A stretch of DNA of 36,214 nucleotides from an uncultured Pseudomonadota bacterium. Its GTDB lineage: Bacteria > BMS3Abin14. The notes beneath the pieces are model-generated. The model made no database searches and was not told the DNA's origin. It worked only from the letters and a program-made list of their open reading frames with translations. This document shows, in pieces, positions 19,113-28,045 of the stretch. The stretch is from NCBI GenBank assembly GCA_964454175.1, contig CAYVSA010000014.1, positions 1-36,214 of the forward strand. The letters run 5' to 3'. The stretch's first letter is position 1; the number at the start of each line of letters is the position of its first letter. The translations under genes and the position numbers were made by a program.

Positions 19113-20321
19113 ATGCCGCAGTTCAGGTACAGGGCCCGCGACCGTGAAGGAAATGTCGTCCAGGGCAATATTGAATCCCCATCGGAGGCCATAGTGGCCA
19201 GCAAGATCCTCGAGATGGGCTACTACCCGGTTGAGATAAATTCACTTGAGGGTGGACGATCGCCGAAGACCTGGCTTCCTGGAAGGCGGATACCTGTCTC
19301 AGAGATAGTCGTGTTTTACCGGCAGCTTGCCACAATGAATGATGCAGGGCTGCCCCTGATATACAGTCTTGTCACGCTGGCCGATGGCACGACCAACAGG
19401 CAGTTCAGTGAGGTGATCAGCGACATCAGGGCCCAGATCGAGGGTGGTGAGACCTTCTCGGGCGCGATCTCGGCGCACCCTGACGTCTTCGACGAAGTGG
19501 GAGTCAACATGATCAGGGTGGGGGAAACCAGCGGCAACCTAAGCAATGTTCTTGAGCGGTTGGCCGATTACGGTGAAAAATCGGCCGAACTCAAGTCCAG
19601 GGTCAGGAACGCCCTGGCATACCCTGTGGTCCTTTCCGTCGTTGCATTAGGTGTAGTAATTTTCAGCCTCACCGTTGTCATGCCAAGGTTTGCCTCCATA
19701 TTCACCAGGCTCAAAGCCCCCCTGCCCCTTCCGACAAAGATCCTCATGGGTATGAGCGGCATTATCAACCGGCATGGCTGGATGATCCTTCTAACCCTGT
19801 TTTTATTGATCCTTCTTCTAAGGGTCCTGGTAAATACCAGAAAAGGGAGGTGGGTCTGGGACGGATTTCTCTTCCGGGTTCCCGTTTTAGGGCAGCTGCG
19901 CCTTAAGAACCTGACAGCCCGGTTTGCCAGGAACTTCGGGACCCTTCTGGAGAGCGGTGTGGATATTCTGTATTCTTTTGAAGTTTGCGAGAGGACGCTG
20001 GCGAGTGTTCGGCTTGCAAAGGCCCTTGCTGTCACCCGCCAGAGCGTGAGGGAGGGCGAGAGCATAGCCCCGGTCCTGGAAGAGCAGAAGATCTTCCCAC
20101 CACTGCTGACAAGGATGATCGGTGTCGGGGAGGAGACGGGCCGACTTGGACAGCTCCTCGAACGGGTGGCCGGCTACTATGAACTGGAGCTGGAAGTTAC
20201 AGTCAAACGTCTGACAACCCTCCTGGAACCGATGATGGTGGTGGTCATGGCAGGTGTGGTTGCCTTTGTGGCTGCGGCTACCCTGCTTCCCCTGTTCAAT
20301 ATGGTCAAATACATGCGGTAG
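19113..20321 (+). CDS. pilC: Inner-membrane platform protein (PilC/MshG/GspF)
   Basis: RQLATM..AGLPL, GETSGNL, ALAYP, GEETGRL, LLEP motifs. Confidence 0.96.
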   Translation: MPQFRYRARDREGNVVQGNIESPSEAIVASKILEMGYYPVEINSLEGGRSPKTWLPGRRIPVSEIVVFYRQLATMNDAGLPLIYSLVTLADGTTNRQFSEVISDIRAQIEGGETFSGAISAHPDVFDEVGVNMIRVGETSGNLSNVLERLADYGEKSAELKSRVRNALAYPVVLSVVALGVVIFSLTVVMPRFASIFTRLKAPLPLPTKILMGMSGIINRHGWMILLTLFLLILLLRVLVNTRKGRWVWDGFLFRVPVLGQLRLKNLTARFARNFGTLLESGVDILYSFEVCERTLASVRLAKALAVTRQSVREGESIAPVLEEQKIFPPLLTRMIGVGEETGRLGQLLERVAGYYELELEVTVKRLTTLLEPMMVVVMAGVVAFVAAATLLPLFNMVKYMR

Positions 20322-20367
20322 TGACAAATAATGTCATAAGTGACAAATAATAGTGACAAAACTGTGA
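20322..20367. promoter_or_regulatory. Candidate enhancer-binding-protein sites (TGACA repeats)
   Basis: Palindrome TGACA-AATAA-TGTCA (20322-20336) plus TGACA at 20341 and 20354, about 60-105 nt upstream of a sigma54 promoter. Confidence 0.6.
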
Positions 20368-20426
20368 AAGGAGGTTTGAGGCGAAGCTAAGTATCTGTAA
20401 TGGTTGGTTATTAATATAGCTGCTGC

Positions 20427-20442
20427 TGGCGTTAATGTTGCA
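20427..20442 (+). promoter_or_regulatory. Sigma54 (-24/-12) promoter of the major pilin
   Basis: TGGCGT-TAATG-TTGCA with exact GG-N10-GC spacing, in the AT-rich gap before the pilin. Confidence 0.8.
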
Positions 20443-20514
20443 TGAATCCTCGCCGTGCAGAACAGCGAATTGCAAGGCGAACAAAATCAACTATGCAATA
20501 AAGGAGGAGAAACA

Positions 20515-20901
20515 ATGAAACTGAGAGGGAATAAAGGTTTTACACTCATTGAGCTGCTGCTGGTGATACTCATCATCATCGGCCTTGCGGCCATAGTGGT
20601 GCCGAATTACATGAAGGTGTCTGACGAGTCGGATACGGCGGTGGATTCAGCCAACCGTGAGGCCTTGAGGGCCGCGGCCAGGCTGCTTGTCCTGGATGCG
20701 GGGCTCACAGCGGTAGCCGGATCTAACATTAATGGGACGCTGTCAGGACCTGACCTTGCCGACAGCGATACCACCACCTACACGCACGGACCGTATATCG
20801 AGGGTGGCTCTTTCCCCACACCCCCAGCCAGCGTGGGTACTTCATACTCGGTTATATTGAGTGCGTCCACAGGTGCGATCGCAATTACAGTAGTTCCTTA
20901 A
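20515..20901 (+). CDS. Probable major type IV pilin (PilA/MshA-like)
   Basis: MKLRGNKG|FTLIELL class III signal; strong RBS AAAGGAGG; own sigma54 promoter; start moved from GTG 20455 to ATG 20515. Confidence 0.88.
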   Translation: MKLRGNKGFTLIELLLVILIIIGLAAIVVPNYMKVSDESDTAVDSANREALRAAARLLVLDAGLTAVAGSNINGTLSGPDLADSDTTTYTHGPYIEGGSFPTPPASVGTSYSVILSASTGAIAITVVP

Positions 20902-20913
20902 ACTGACCCTATT

Positions 20914-20950
20914 AGCCTGCGGGCTCTGTCTGTTACCGGGCTCGCAGGTT
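20914..20950 (+). promoter_or_regulatory. 13-bp RNA hairpin between the major pilin and the first minor pilin
   Basis: AGCCTGCGGGCTC (20914-20926) pairs with GGGCTCGCAGGTT (20938-20950), three G-U pairs, no U tail. Confidence 0.6.
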
Positions 20951-21476
20951 GGAAAGCTGGTTCTGCACATTGAAGGGGTTTACTTTAATCGAGCTGCTCG
21001 TGACGATCGGGCTTTTGCTCGGCCTTGGTCTTGTCGTTTATTCGTCTTTTTTCGCCACCTCTCCTGCCACCGTTCTGATGGCGGCTGTTGAGCAGGTAGC
21101 AGGCGACATAAGGTCCGCGCAGGACCTTGCCATCAGCCAGAGGGCAAGGCATCGCATCGTTTTTTCTGCCGGTTCATCCACCTACATCCTGGAAAAAAGA
21201 GACCCGTCAGCGGGGACATGGGGTCCTGTGCCTGGATATCTGGACCTGACAGCGCTTCCGGATGACGTAATAGTTCAATCTGTTTCCGATCTCACCGGGG
21301 GCATCCTGATCTTCGATTCCCTGGGGTCACCTTTTGAGAGCACCGGCGCAGGAGTTCCCCTTACCGGCAGCGGAGCAGGGAGTCTTGACCACATAGTACT
21401 GAAAAACAACAAGAGCCAGAAGACCGGTGAAGTGACGGTTAATCCGGGCACCGGGCGTGTGGAAAGGAATTGGTAG
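20949..21476 (+). CDS. Minor pilin (FimT/GspH/MshC-like)
   Basis: KG|FTLIELL, DIRSAQDLAI, IFDSLGSP, VNPGTGRV motifs; TTG start (20949 or 20970). Confidence 0.85.
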   Translation: MESWFCTLKGFTLIELLVTIGLLLGLGLVVYSSFFATSPATVLMAAVEQVAGDIRSAQDLAISQRARHRIVFSAGSSTYILEKRDPSAGTWGPVPGYLDLTALPDDVIVQSVSDLTGGILIFDSLGSPFESTGAGVPLTGSGAGSLDHIVLKNNKSQKTGEVTVNPGTGRVERNW

Positions 21477-21895
21477 CTCCAGGACGAAATGAAAGGGGCC
21501 TGACGGCTCCGGAGGCCACGGTTGCACTGGTAGTGCTCATGGGCATGTTCGCGGTCATGCTGGCGGTCTACGGTTCACAGATGAGGAGGATAAACGAGGG
21601 CATAATGACAGCGCAGCTCAGGGCGATGAGAACCCAGGTCAGGGTGTTCAGGGCTGTCAAGGGCAGATGGCCTGAAGATATCAAGGAGCTCGTTCACAGT
21701 CCCTGGAACATGTTCCCGCTGGGAGCTTTTGACGTCGAAGAGGAACCGGTGACCAGGATACTGAAAGAAGAGATAGAGATTAATTATGCCGTGGATGAAT
21801 TGGGTTTCCCTGTGGATCCATGGGGGGGCAGGTATGCGTACGACCCCGAGAACGGCAAGGTGGGGTCTGCCCAGGAAAGGTACTCCGATTGGTAG
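21470..21895 (+). CDS. Pseudopilin-like protein (GspG-like C-terminus)
   Basis: ERG|LTAPE with E5, hydrophobic helix, GRWP..IKEL and PVDPWGGRYAYD motifs; TTG start. Confidence 0.75.
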   Translation: MVAPGRNERGLTAPEATVALVVLMGMFAVMLAVYGSQMRRINEGIMTAQLRAMRTQVRVFRAVKGRWPEDIKELVHSPWNMFPLGAFDVEEEPVTRILKEEIEINYAVDELGFPVDPWGGRYAYDPENGKVGSAQERYSDW

Positions 21896-21905
21896 GGCAG
21901 AGCAA

Positions 21906-22457
21906 ATGAGCGGACCCGGCAAGGGTACAATATCCCGGGAAGGCATGAGGGCGTTCACACTCCTCGAGATCCTCCTTTCCCTGGCGATCTTTGCAGTTGC
22001 CCTGCCTATCATGGCCAGTCTGTTTTCCGGGGGCATGAAGCAGCCGGCCATTGCACGGGAGCAGGCCCAGGCTGTTTTCCTGGCTCAGGAGCTCATGGAG
22101 GAAGTGTTGACGCGCAAGTGGGATGAGAATGCAACCCCCCCGGGTAAAACGAACATTCCCAGTACTATCGGGACTGATTCGGGGGAATCGGCCGTCAGCA
22201 GGCAGAGTTTTGACGACATTGACGATTACGACGGTCTCATCGACAACCCGATGCATGGAGCCGATGGAGTGACAGTTGTCATGACCAAACCGTTCTGGTC
22301 CCAGGTACAGGTCAACTACGTTGGTTCGGATACGACTACTCCCGATTTCCAGACTCTGCTTGCCAAGAGCGCAGGCTCAGCCTTCAAGAGGGTTGATGTG
22401 ACAGTGAGCTGGCCCGATGGCGGTCTCACCCTGACCACCGTGCGAGGCAACTTCTGA
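21906..22457 (+). CDS. Minor pilin, MshD/PilV-like
   Basis: RA|FTLLEILL; AQELMEEV...WDEN and SFDDIDDYDG motifs resembling MshD; KRVDVTVSW; start moved to ATG 21906. Confidence 0.85.
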   Translation: MSGPGKGTISREGMRAFTLLEILLSLAIFAVALPIMASLFSGGMKQPAIAREQAQAVFLAQELMEEVLTRKWDENATPPGKTNIPSTIGTDSGESAVSRQSFDDIDDYDGLIDNPMHGADGVTVVMTKPFWSQVQVNYVGSDTTTPDFQTLLAKSAGSAFKRVDVTVSWPDGGLTLTTVRGNF

Positions 22458-22987
22458 TGAGGTGTACCAGATTATCAGGGCTTCACTCGTGCCAGAGGGG
22501 CCTGACCCTTATCGAACTGCTCCTGGCGGCTGTGATAATGGCCGGGATAGCGGGTGTGTTCTTCATGATATTATCCTCGGGCCTCGACCTCTGGGAGTCG
22601 GGCACGGCACAGTCGGCCGCCGACCAGGAAGTCAGGATGGCGCTCGAACGGGTCTCCCGGGAACTGAGGGCATCACGAAATAGTGCCGGGCAGATCACCA
22701 TAGGCGCTGGAGGGGCGAGTATTTCCTTTCCACTGGACAACGACAACGACGGGGCATATGAGATAACTGTCAGCTACTTTCTTTCAGGATCGGAGCTTCG
22801 CCGCCAGGAGAACGGCCTGCCGGCAGGGGGGGACCTGATGGCTGCAGATGTGAGTTCTGTTGCCTTCGACACGCTGAAGGGTTTCGAGCTGATCGGAATA
22901 AACATGGCAGTAACCCGGCAGGTCGAGGGTGAGAAGGGGATCGGGTCCGTGGCAATGAGGACGGCGTCGGCGCCGAGGAACAATTGA
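22457..22987 (+). CDS. Minor pilin, PilW/MshO/GspJ-like
   Basis: QRG|LTLIELL, ALERVSRELR, DNDNDG loop, C-terminal PRN. Confidence 0.85.
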   Translation: MRCTRLSGLHSCQRGLTLIELLLAAVIMAGIAGVFFMILSSGLDLWESGTAQSAADQEVRMALERVSRELRASRNSAGQITIGAGGASISFPLDNDNDGAYEITVSYFLSGSELRRQENGLPAGGDLMAADVSSVAFDTLKGFELIGINMAVTRQVEGEKGIGSVAMRTASAPRNN

Positions 22988-22989
22988 CA

Positions 22990-23364
22990 ATGATGGCAGC
23001 TTTTTTTCACAGACAGAATGGATCTACCCTGGTCCTTGTCATGGGGCTGGTATTCTTCCTGCTCGTTGTGGGATCGATATTCGTCAGGCTTATGGGAACG
23101 CAGGCGATGGTGGCAGAAAACCTCGAGACGAGGGTCAAGGCGCTGTATTATGCCGAATCCGGTGTCCATGCAGGCATTCTTTACCTGCAGGAAAATCCGG
23201 CCTGGCCCACCTATCTTCCAAAAGCGCAGGTGGATATCCCCCTCGCAGAAGGGACTGCTTCCTACAGGATAGATACAACAGCAGCGCCCAACACAGTCCA
23301 GGTAGTGGCAACTGGGAAACTGATGCTCTCAGAGCGGGAACTTAACGTAACGGTGACCAAATGA
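22990..23364 (+). CDS. Minor pilin, PilX/MshP/GspK-like
   Basis: QNG|STLVL (no E5), KALYYAESG PilX-N motif, VVATG. Confidence 0.8.
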   Translation: MMAAFFHRQNGSTLVLVMGLVFFLLVVGSIFVRLMGTQAMVAENLETRVKALYYAESGVHAGILYLQENPAWPTYLPKAQVDIPLAEGTASYRIDTTAAPNTVQVVATGKLMLSERELNVTVTK

Positions 23365-25577
23365 AACGATTAGTTATCGCATTAGGACTGGTCATTGGTT
23401 TTAGTGTGCCCGTCCATGCAAAGGTCATAGGGAGCTATACACTCACCCTTCCGGCAGCAAGCGGTGTGGTCATGGGCGATGCGGGAGGGACGCTGACCTT
23501 TACCCTCACAAACACCACCGGCTCGGGCAGTGAGACCATCGACGAGTTCAGCCTCCGGTTCGATCCTCAGGTATATTTCATCAGCCAGGCGACCCAGGCT
23601 CCTGCCGGCTGGGAGATCAAGGACCTTGAGAACAAGAACGACAAGGCCGAGATCAAGTTCAAGGCAAATAACAACGGTACCGGCCTCGCTCCGGGCCAGA
23701 GCCTGACTTTCAGTGTTGTGCTGACAGGCAGGAACTTCGGCCCCATCCCGGCCGACACGAACAACCTCACCGACGCGCTGGTAGAGGCGAAGATAGAGAG
23801 CAAGAAGGGCAAGAAGGGGACTTATTCCGGAACACCGGACACCTGGACCCGCTACAGCTTAAAAGTGCAGCTTTCGGCATCACCGGTCTCCGTCGGTGTG
23901 GGGGACAACTTCTCCATCCTTATGGCAGTGTCCAACAGGTCCACCGTGACCCAGACATCCATAAGCCCGAGAGGGCTCACCATGTCAGGTACTGGAAACG
24001 CCTCCACTGTTTCCGGCCCGACTCCGGTAAGCGTAACCCTGGACCCGGATGTTGAGCAGATATTCATATACATCATGCAGGCGACCTCTTCAGGAACTGT
24101 GCGATTCGACGGATCGGCCTGGAATGGTACGGTTAACGTGACCTCGCCAACAGTGAGATCCAACGATGTCATTATCGGTGATTTTACAGCCCAGGTGAGC
24201 ATGTCCTCTGCCCAGGTGACCTCCGGTCAGGACGTTACCGTGACCCTCACTGCATCGAACAACGGGAACCAGACCCTGGCTGGTATACAGCCCCATATTT
24301 CCACGGCTGGCTCAGCTACCCTCACGCTCGTATCCGGGCCAACACCAGCGAGTATGGGCTCCCTGACACCCGGATCAACTGCCTCCTTTTCCTGGGTCTA
24401 CACCGTGACCGGAAGCGTGGGCAATACGTACCAGTTCACCTGCTCTGCCTCTTCCAACACGATTTCAACTAACAGTGCCACAAGCCCGACAGGTTTAATA
24501 TCGGCCTACTCCGCGACCGTCGTCCCAGGTACCATTGCTTCGGGGACGACAAACGTTTCACTGTCCTTTACGATCTTTAACAACGGAGGTTCTTCACTGG
24601 AAAAGGTAAAAATACAGACACCTTCAGGCTGGGGGTACCAGAGCGCCTCGGCCCCTGCCGGGTGGCAGATAAAGACCAAGAACAACCCGGTACTGGTGGA
24701 GTTCAAGAACAAGAACAACCCTATTCCACCGGGGAGCTCAGAATCCTTCACCCTTGTATTCTCAACGGTTCCTACGGTAACTAATCTGACTCCCTACGAT
24801 TTTCCCATTGAGGTTAAACCCAAGAACGGGCCTGATGGCTTTATCGGTGTGGTCGTTAACGTAACACCCTACCAGTTGGTCCTCTCCTACTCAGTGCCTG
24901 TATCCTTCCCGACACCTCCCATAGCTGATGGATCCCAGTACTACGATATCACCGCGACTCTTACCAACGCTGGTAATCCTGTACAGGGAGCGCCGGTGCA
25001 GTTCACGACCGATATAGGGACACTGGGGAGCGGGTCAGTTTCGAGCGATGCTCAGGGAAAGGCCGTCAACACACTCACAGGTCCCCTCAGCGTTACGCCG
25101 GTAAGCGCCACGGTGACGGTCACATATCTGGGAGCTATGGACAGTGTGGTTCTTCCTTTTTCATCCTATACCGGTATGTCCCTGGATTATGTTCCCGGAA
25201 CCCTCGGGCCAACGACCGTCTCACCGGGGGCCACCGGGAAGATCTTTGCTGTAACGGTAACGAATACAGGTGCCTCAACGGTTACGCTTGACGCTTCTTC
25301 ATCATTCAGTTTTTCTGATACGGGCGCTGGAGGCTCGAGTGTTTTCACTACGACCCTGGGCAGTTCCAACCCTGTCAGTATAACGCCCGGAACCCAGGCG
25401 GTCCTGACGTTTGTTGCCGCAGATGTTCCAGCAGGTTTCCTCGCTGGCGATTACTTTCCGAGCCTTGCCCTAACAGACGGCATCACTTCCGGTACACGAC
25501 CGGTAACCGATACGGTGACTGTCACGGGGGGAAGCGGACCTGTCCTGATAATACGCTGGAAGGAATCGATCGAATGA
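23361..25577 (+). CDS. Secreted Ser/Thr-rich multi-Ig-like adhesin (PilY1/MshQ position)
   Basis: Sec signal (..VHA|K), repeated beta-sandwich units, Big_1-like ADG..ITATL..GNPV.GAPVQF..SDAQGKA domain, C-terminal IRWKE. Confidence 0.75.
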   Translation: MKRLVIALGLVIGFSVPVHAKVIGSYTLTLPAASGVVMGDAGGTLTFTLTNTTGSGSETIDEFSLRFDPQVYFISQATQAPAGWEIKDLENKNDKAEIKFKANNNGTGLAPGQSLTFSVVLTGRNFGPIPADTNNLTDALVEAKIESKKGKKGTYSGTPDTWTRYSLKVQLSASPVSVGVGDNFSILMAVSNRSTVTQTSISPRGLTMSGTGNASTVSGPTPVSVTLDPDVEQIFIYIMQATSSGTVRFDGSAWNGTVNVTSPTVRSNDVIIGDFTAQVSMSSAQVTSGQDVTVTLTASNNGNQTLAGIQPHISTAGSATLTLVSGPTPASMGSLTPGSTASFSWVYTVTGSVGNTYQFTCSASSNTISTNSATSPTGLISAYSATVVPGTIASGTTNVSLSFTIFNNGGSSLEKVKIQTPSGWGYQSASAPAGWQIKTKNNPVLVEFKNKNNPIPPGSSESFTLVFSTVPTVTNLTPYDFPIEVKPKNGPDGFIGVVVNVTPYQLVLSYSVPVSFPTPPIADGSQYYDITATLTNAGNPVQGAPVQFTTDIGTLGSGSVSSDAQGKAVNTLTGPLSVTPVSATVTVTYLGAMDSVVLPFSSYTGMSLDYVPGTLGPTTVSPGATGKIFAVTVTNTGASTVTLDASSSFSFSDTGAGGSSVFTTTLGSSNPVSITPGTQAVLTFVAADVPAGFLAGDYFPSLALTDGITSGTRPVTDTVTVTGGSGPVLIIRWKESIE

Positions 25578-25593
25578 CAGTGGGGATTTATTT

Positions 25594-27207
25594 ATGAGCG
25601 GATTATACCTTGATAAATTCGGTCTCAGGGAGGAGCCTTTCCGGCTGACTCCCGATCCAAAATATCTCTATAGAGGGCAGCAATACGAAAGGGCCCTGGC
25701 TGAGCTCAGATACGGGATCGAGCAGCGGAAGGGGTTCATGGTACTGACAGGGGAGGTTGGGACCGGCAAGACGACGACTTGCAGGGCCCTCCTTGATTCA
25801 CTCGGGATGGAGACGAGGACAGCACTTGTCCTGAACCCGAGCCTCTCCACCAGGGAACTTCTCAGGACGGTCATTCAGGACTTCGGTTTGACTGAGCTGC
25901 CTCATTCGGCCAGCAAGAAGGAGCTCATGGATTATCTCAACGGGTTCCTCCTGCGGGTGGCTCTGGACGGTGAAAGTGCTCTTCTCATTGTCGATGAGGC
26001 GCAGAATCTGTCGACAGAGCTTTTAGAGGAACTCAGAATGCTCTCTAACCTCGAGACTGAACGCGAAAAGCTCCTCCAGATCCTGCTTATCGGACAGCCG
26101 GAACTTACTGAAAAACTCTCATCCAGGAAGTTGCGGCAGCTTAAACAGCGCGTGGCTGTATGGACACATCTAGCTCCCATGAAACTCAAGGACAGCTCGG
26201 CCTATATCCTGAGAAGATTGACCGTGGCGTCCAGGGGGTCTCTTTTAGTGAGTTTTTCCAACGGGGCTTTTAAAAAACTCCACCAGTTCAGCAGGGGCTA
26301 CCCGAGAACCCTGAATCTCATCTGCGATCGTACCCTCATTGCAGCCTACGGATCGGACACAGAAAGGATCGGCGCAGGCATTGTGCGCGCTGCTGCAAAG
26401 GAGATCCAGTCAGGCTCAGGTAAAACCAGGCGTAACCTCATAGGGCTGACTTCTGCGGCCGGCCTTGCAGCGGCCCTTCTCCTCTTCATGCTATTGCCCC
26501 TTGTTGTAAACAGGGACAGCGGGCAGGCCGCCGTCAGCGAAGGGAAAAAAGAGGCGGTAATAGAACCCGCTGCGCTTAACATTAAAGCCGCGGGGCAGGT
26601 ACCCCGAGTCCTCTCCAGGTACTTTTCCCTCGCCGGTTTTGAATACCTTGGCAGGGAAGCACTTCTCTGGAGGGTCAGCGGCGCCAGAGTAGAAGACCTG
26701 GAGCTGTCCATCCGGATCCTGGACATAGACAGGCAGTTTGGTATAAAGACGGCCGTTGTACCCGTCGATGAAGAGCTCTGGCGAAAGTCAGCTACGGTGG
26801 GGATTGTGCAGGGTGCCAGGGAGGATGGGCTCTATTTGATACTTCCTTCTCTCGACGGGGAGGGTCTCTGGCGTGTGATCGCACCCGGGGGAGAAGAACA
26901 GTCTGTAAAGGATAAGGACCTGCGCAAAACTGTGACTTTATCCGGTGCCCTTGTCCTCTACAGGTCTCTTAGCGGTCTTGACCGGGCCCTGGCAATAGGG
27001 GACAGAGGTGCCTCGGTCTACGCTTTACAGGATTACCTTTCCAATGCGGGTGTGCTAAGGCGAATGTCAGTAGACGGTATTTTCGGGAGCGAGACGGAAC
27101 ATGCGCTCACGAGGCTTCAGGAGAGGTGGGGTATCGATCCTACGGGAATGCTGGATACACGCACAAGCTATTTTATTTCCGCCATTCCTCTCAGGGAGCG
27201 GGGTTAA
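25594..27207 (+). CDS. ExeA/MshM-like AAA ATPase with TM helix and C-terminal peptidoglycan-binding domain
   Basis: FGL.EEPF..TPDP, GEVGTGKT, IVDEAQ, GQPEL, GYPR.LN.ICD; C-terminal GDRG..V..LQ..L...DGIFG..T..AL..LQ. Confidence 0.92.
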   Translation: MSGLYLDKFGLREEPFRLTPDPKYLYRGQQYERALAELRYGIEQRKGFMVLTGEVGTGKTTTCRALLDSLGMETRTALVLNPSLSTRELLRTVIQDFGLTELPHSASKKELMDYLNGFLLRVALDGESALLIVDEAQNLSTELLEELRMLSNLETEREKLLQILLIGQPELTEKLSSRKLRQLKQRVAVWTHLAPMKLKDSSAYILRRLTVASRGSLLVSFSNGAFKKLHQFSRGYPRTLNLICDRTLIAAYGSDTERIGAGIVRAAAKEIQSGSGKTRRNLIGLTSAAGLAAALLLFMLLPLVVNRDSGQAAVSEGKKEAVIEPAALNIKAAGQVPRVLSRYFSLAGFEYLGREALLWRVSGARVEDLELSIRILDIDRQFGIKTAVVPVDEELWRKSATVGIVQGAREDGLYLILPSLDGEGLWRVIAPGGEEQSVKDKDLRKTVTLSGALVLYRSLSGLDRALAIGDRGASVYALQDYLSNAGVLRRMSVDGIFGSETEHALTRLQERWGIDPTGMLDTRTSYFISAIPLRERG

Positions 27208-27210
27208 TTA

Positions 27211-28017
27211 ATGAGCATTATCCACGACGCGTTGAAAAAGGCTCAGACTGAAGAGAAAGCTTCTGGTGAGCACGACGGCGCTTCCGTTAGTGGATCAGCT
27301 CTCGAGACAAGGAAGCCCTATACCCTGATAATGGTTCTGGCCATTGTTGTCGGTGTGATGGCATTGGGGACCCTCGTGTGGCGCTTTGGGCCCTTGCTGA
27401 TGGCAAAGAAACAGTCCAGAAACAGTAATGCGCCCGCCTCGACCGCTTCAGCGGCCATGTCTTCTCCCAGGGTAACTGCACCAGGAGTTAACCCGGCAGA
27501 GTCAGAGGCTGCAAACCTGGACCAGAAGGTAAGGAACGCCGAGAGGTTCCTGCGTATCGGGGATTTTGCGGCAGCTGAGAGTATTTTCAGGGCTGTTCTG
27601 GCGTCAGGGGAGGGCAATCGGGCAGAGCTGGCAAACAACCTGGGCCTGACCCTTAAAAGAAGGGGTCGTTTGAAAGAAGCCTTGGGATATTATGATCAGG
27701 CTCTGGAGTATGAACAGAATATGGCCGAGGTCCTCAATAACAGGGCAGTCCTGTTCAGGAAACTCAAACGATACACTGATGCGGAGTCTGATCTTAAATC
27801 GGCCCTCAAGATAAAACCTGGATACCCCGAGGCCCTCTTTAACCTGGGGGTGGTTTATGAGGCTTCTGGTAAAAAGCTTGCGGCCCTCGAGGCATACAGA
27901 AAATATCTGGAGGATTCATCCCACGAGCCGGGCCTCGTGGCTCCCCGGATCAGGCAGAGGATCTCCTATGTCGAGGCCGAACTGGCAGCGACCGAATGGA
28001 AGAGCAGGCAGCGGTAG
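27211..28017 (+). CDS. Membrane-anchored TPR protein (MshN/GspB-like)
   Basis: MSIIHDALKKAQ N-terminus, TM helix, several TPRs (NNLG, NNRA, FNLG). Confidence 0.85.
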   Translation: MSIIHDALKKAQTEEKASGEHDGASVSGSALETRKPYTLIMVLAIVVGVMALGTLVWRFGPLLMAKKQSRNSNAPASTASAAMSSPRVTAPGVNPAESEAANLDQKVRNAERFLRIGDFAAAESIFRAVLASGEGNRAELANNLGLTLKRRGRLKEALGYYDQALEYEQNMAEVLNNRAVLFRKLKRYTDAESDLKSALKIKPGYPEALFNLGVVYEASGKKLAALEAYRKYLEDSSHEPGLVAPRIRQRISYVEAELAATEWKSRQR

Positions 28018-28045
28018 CAAGCTGTAGCCCGGGAGGAAATAATTT

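Noticed and set aside
20388-20418. IHF site between the enhancer and the sigma54 promoter
   Set aside because: AT-rich and in a plausible position, but several mismatches to WATCAANNNNTTR on either strand
20455-20514. Long pilin isoform from GTG 20455
   Set aside because: Lies at about the predicted sigma54 TSS with no RBS; ATG 20515 has a strong SD. Not strictly excluded for read-through transcripts
20515-20901. Major pilin as an electrically conductive e-pilin, given the nearby cytochrome
   Set aside because: Mature protein is about 120 aa with only about 7 aromatic residues including His and a long aromatic-free stretch after Y24; this does not fit the short, aromatic-dense e-pilin pattern
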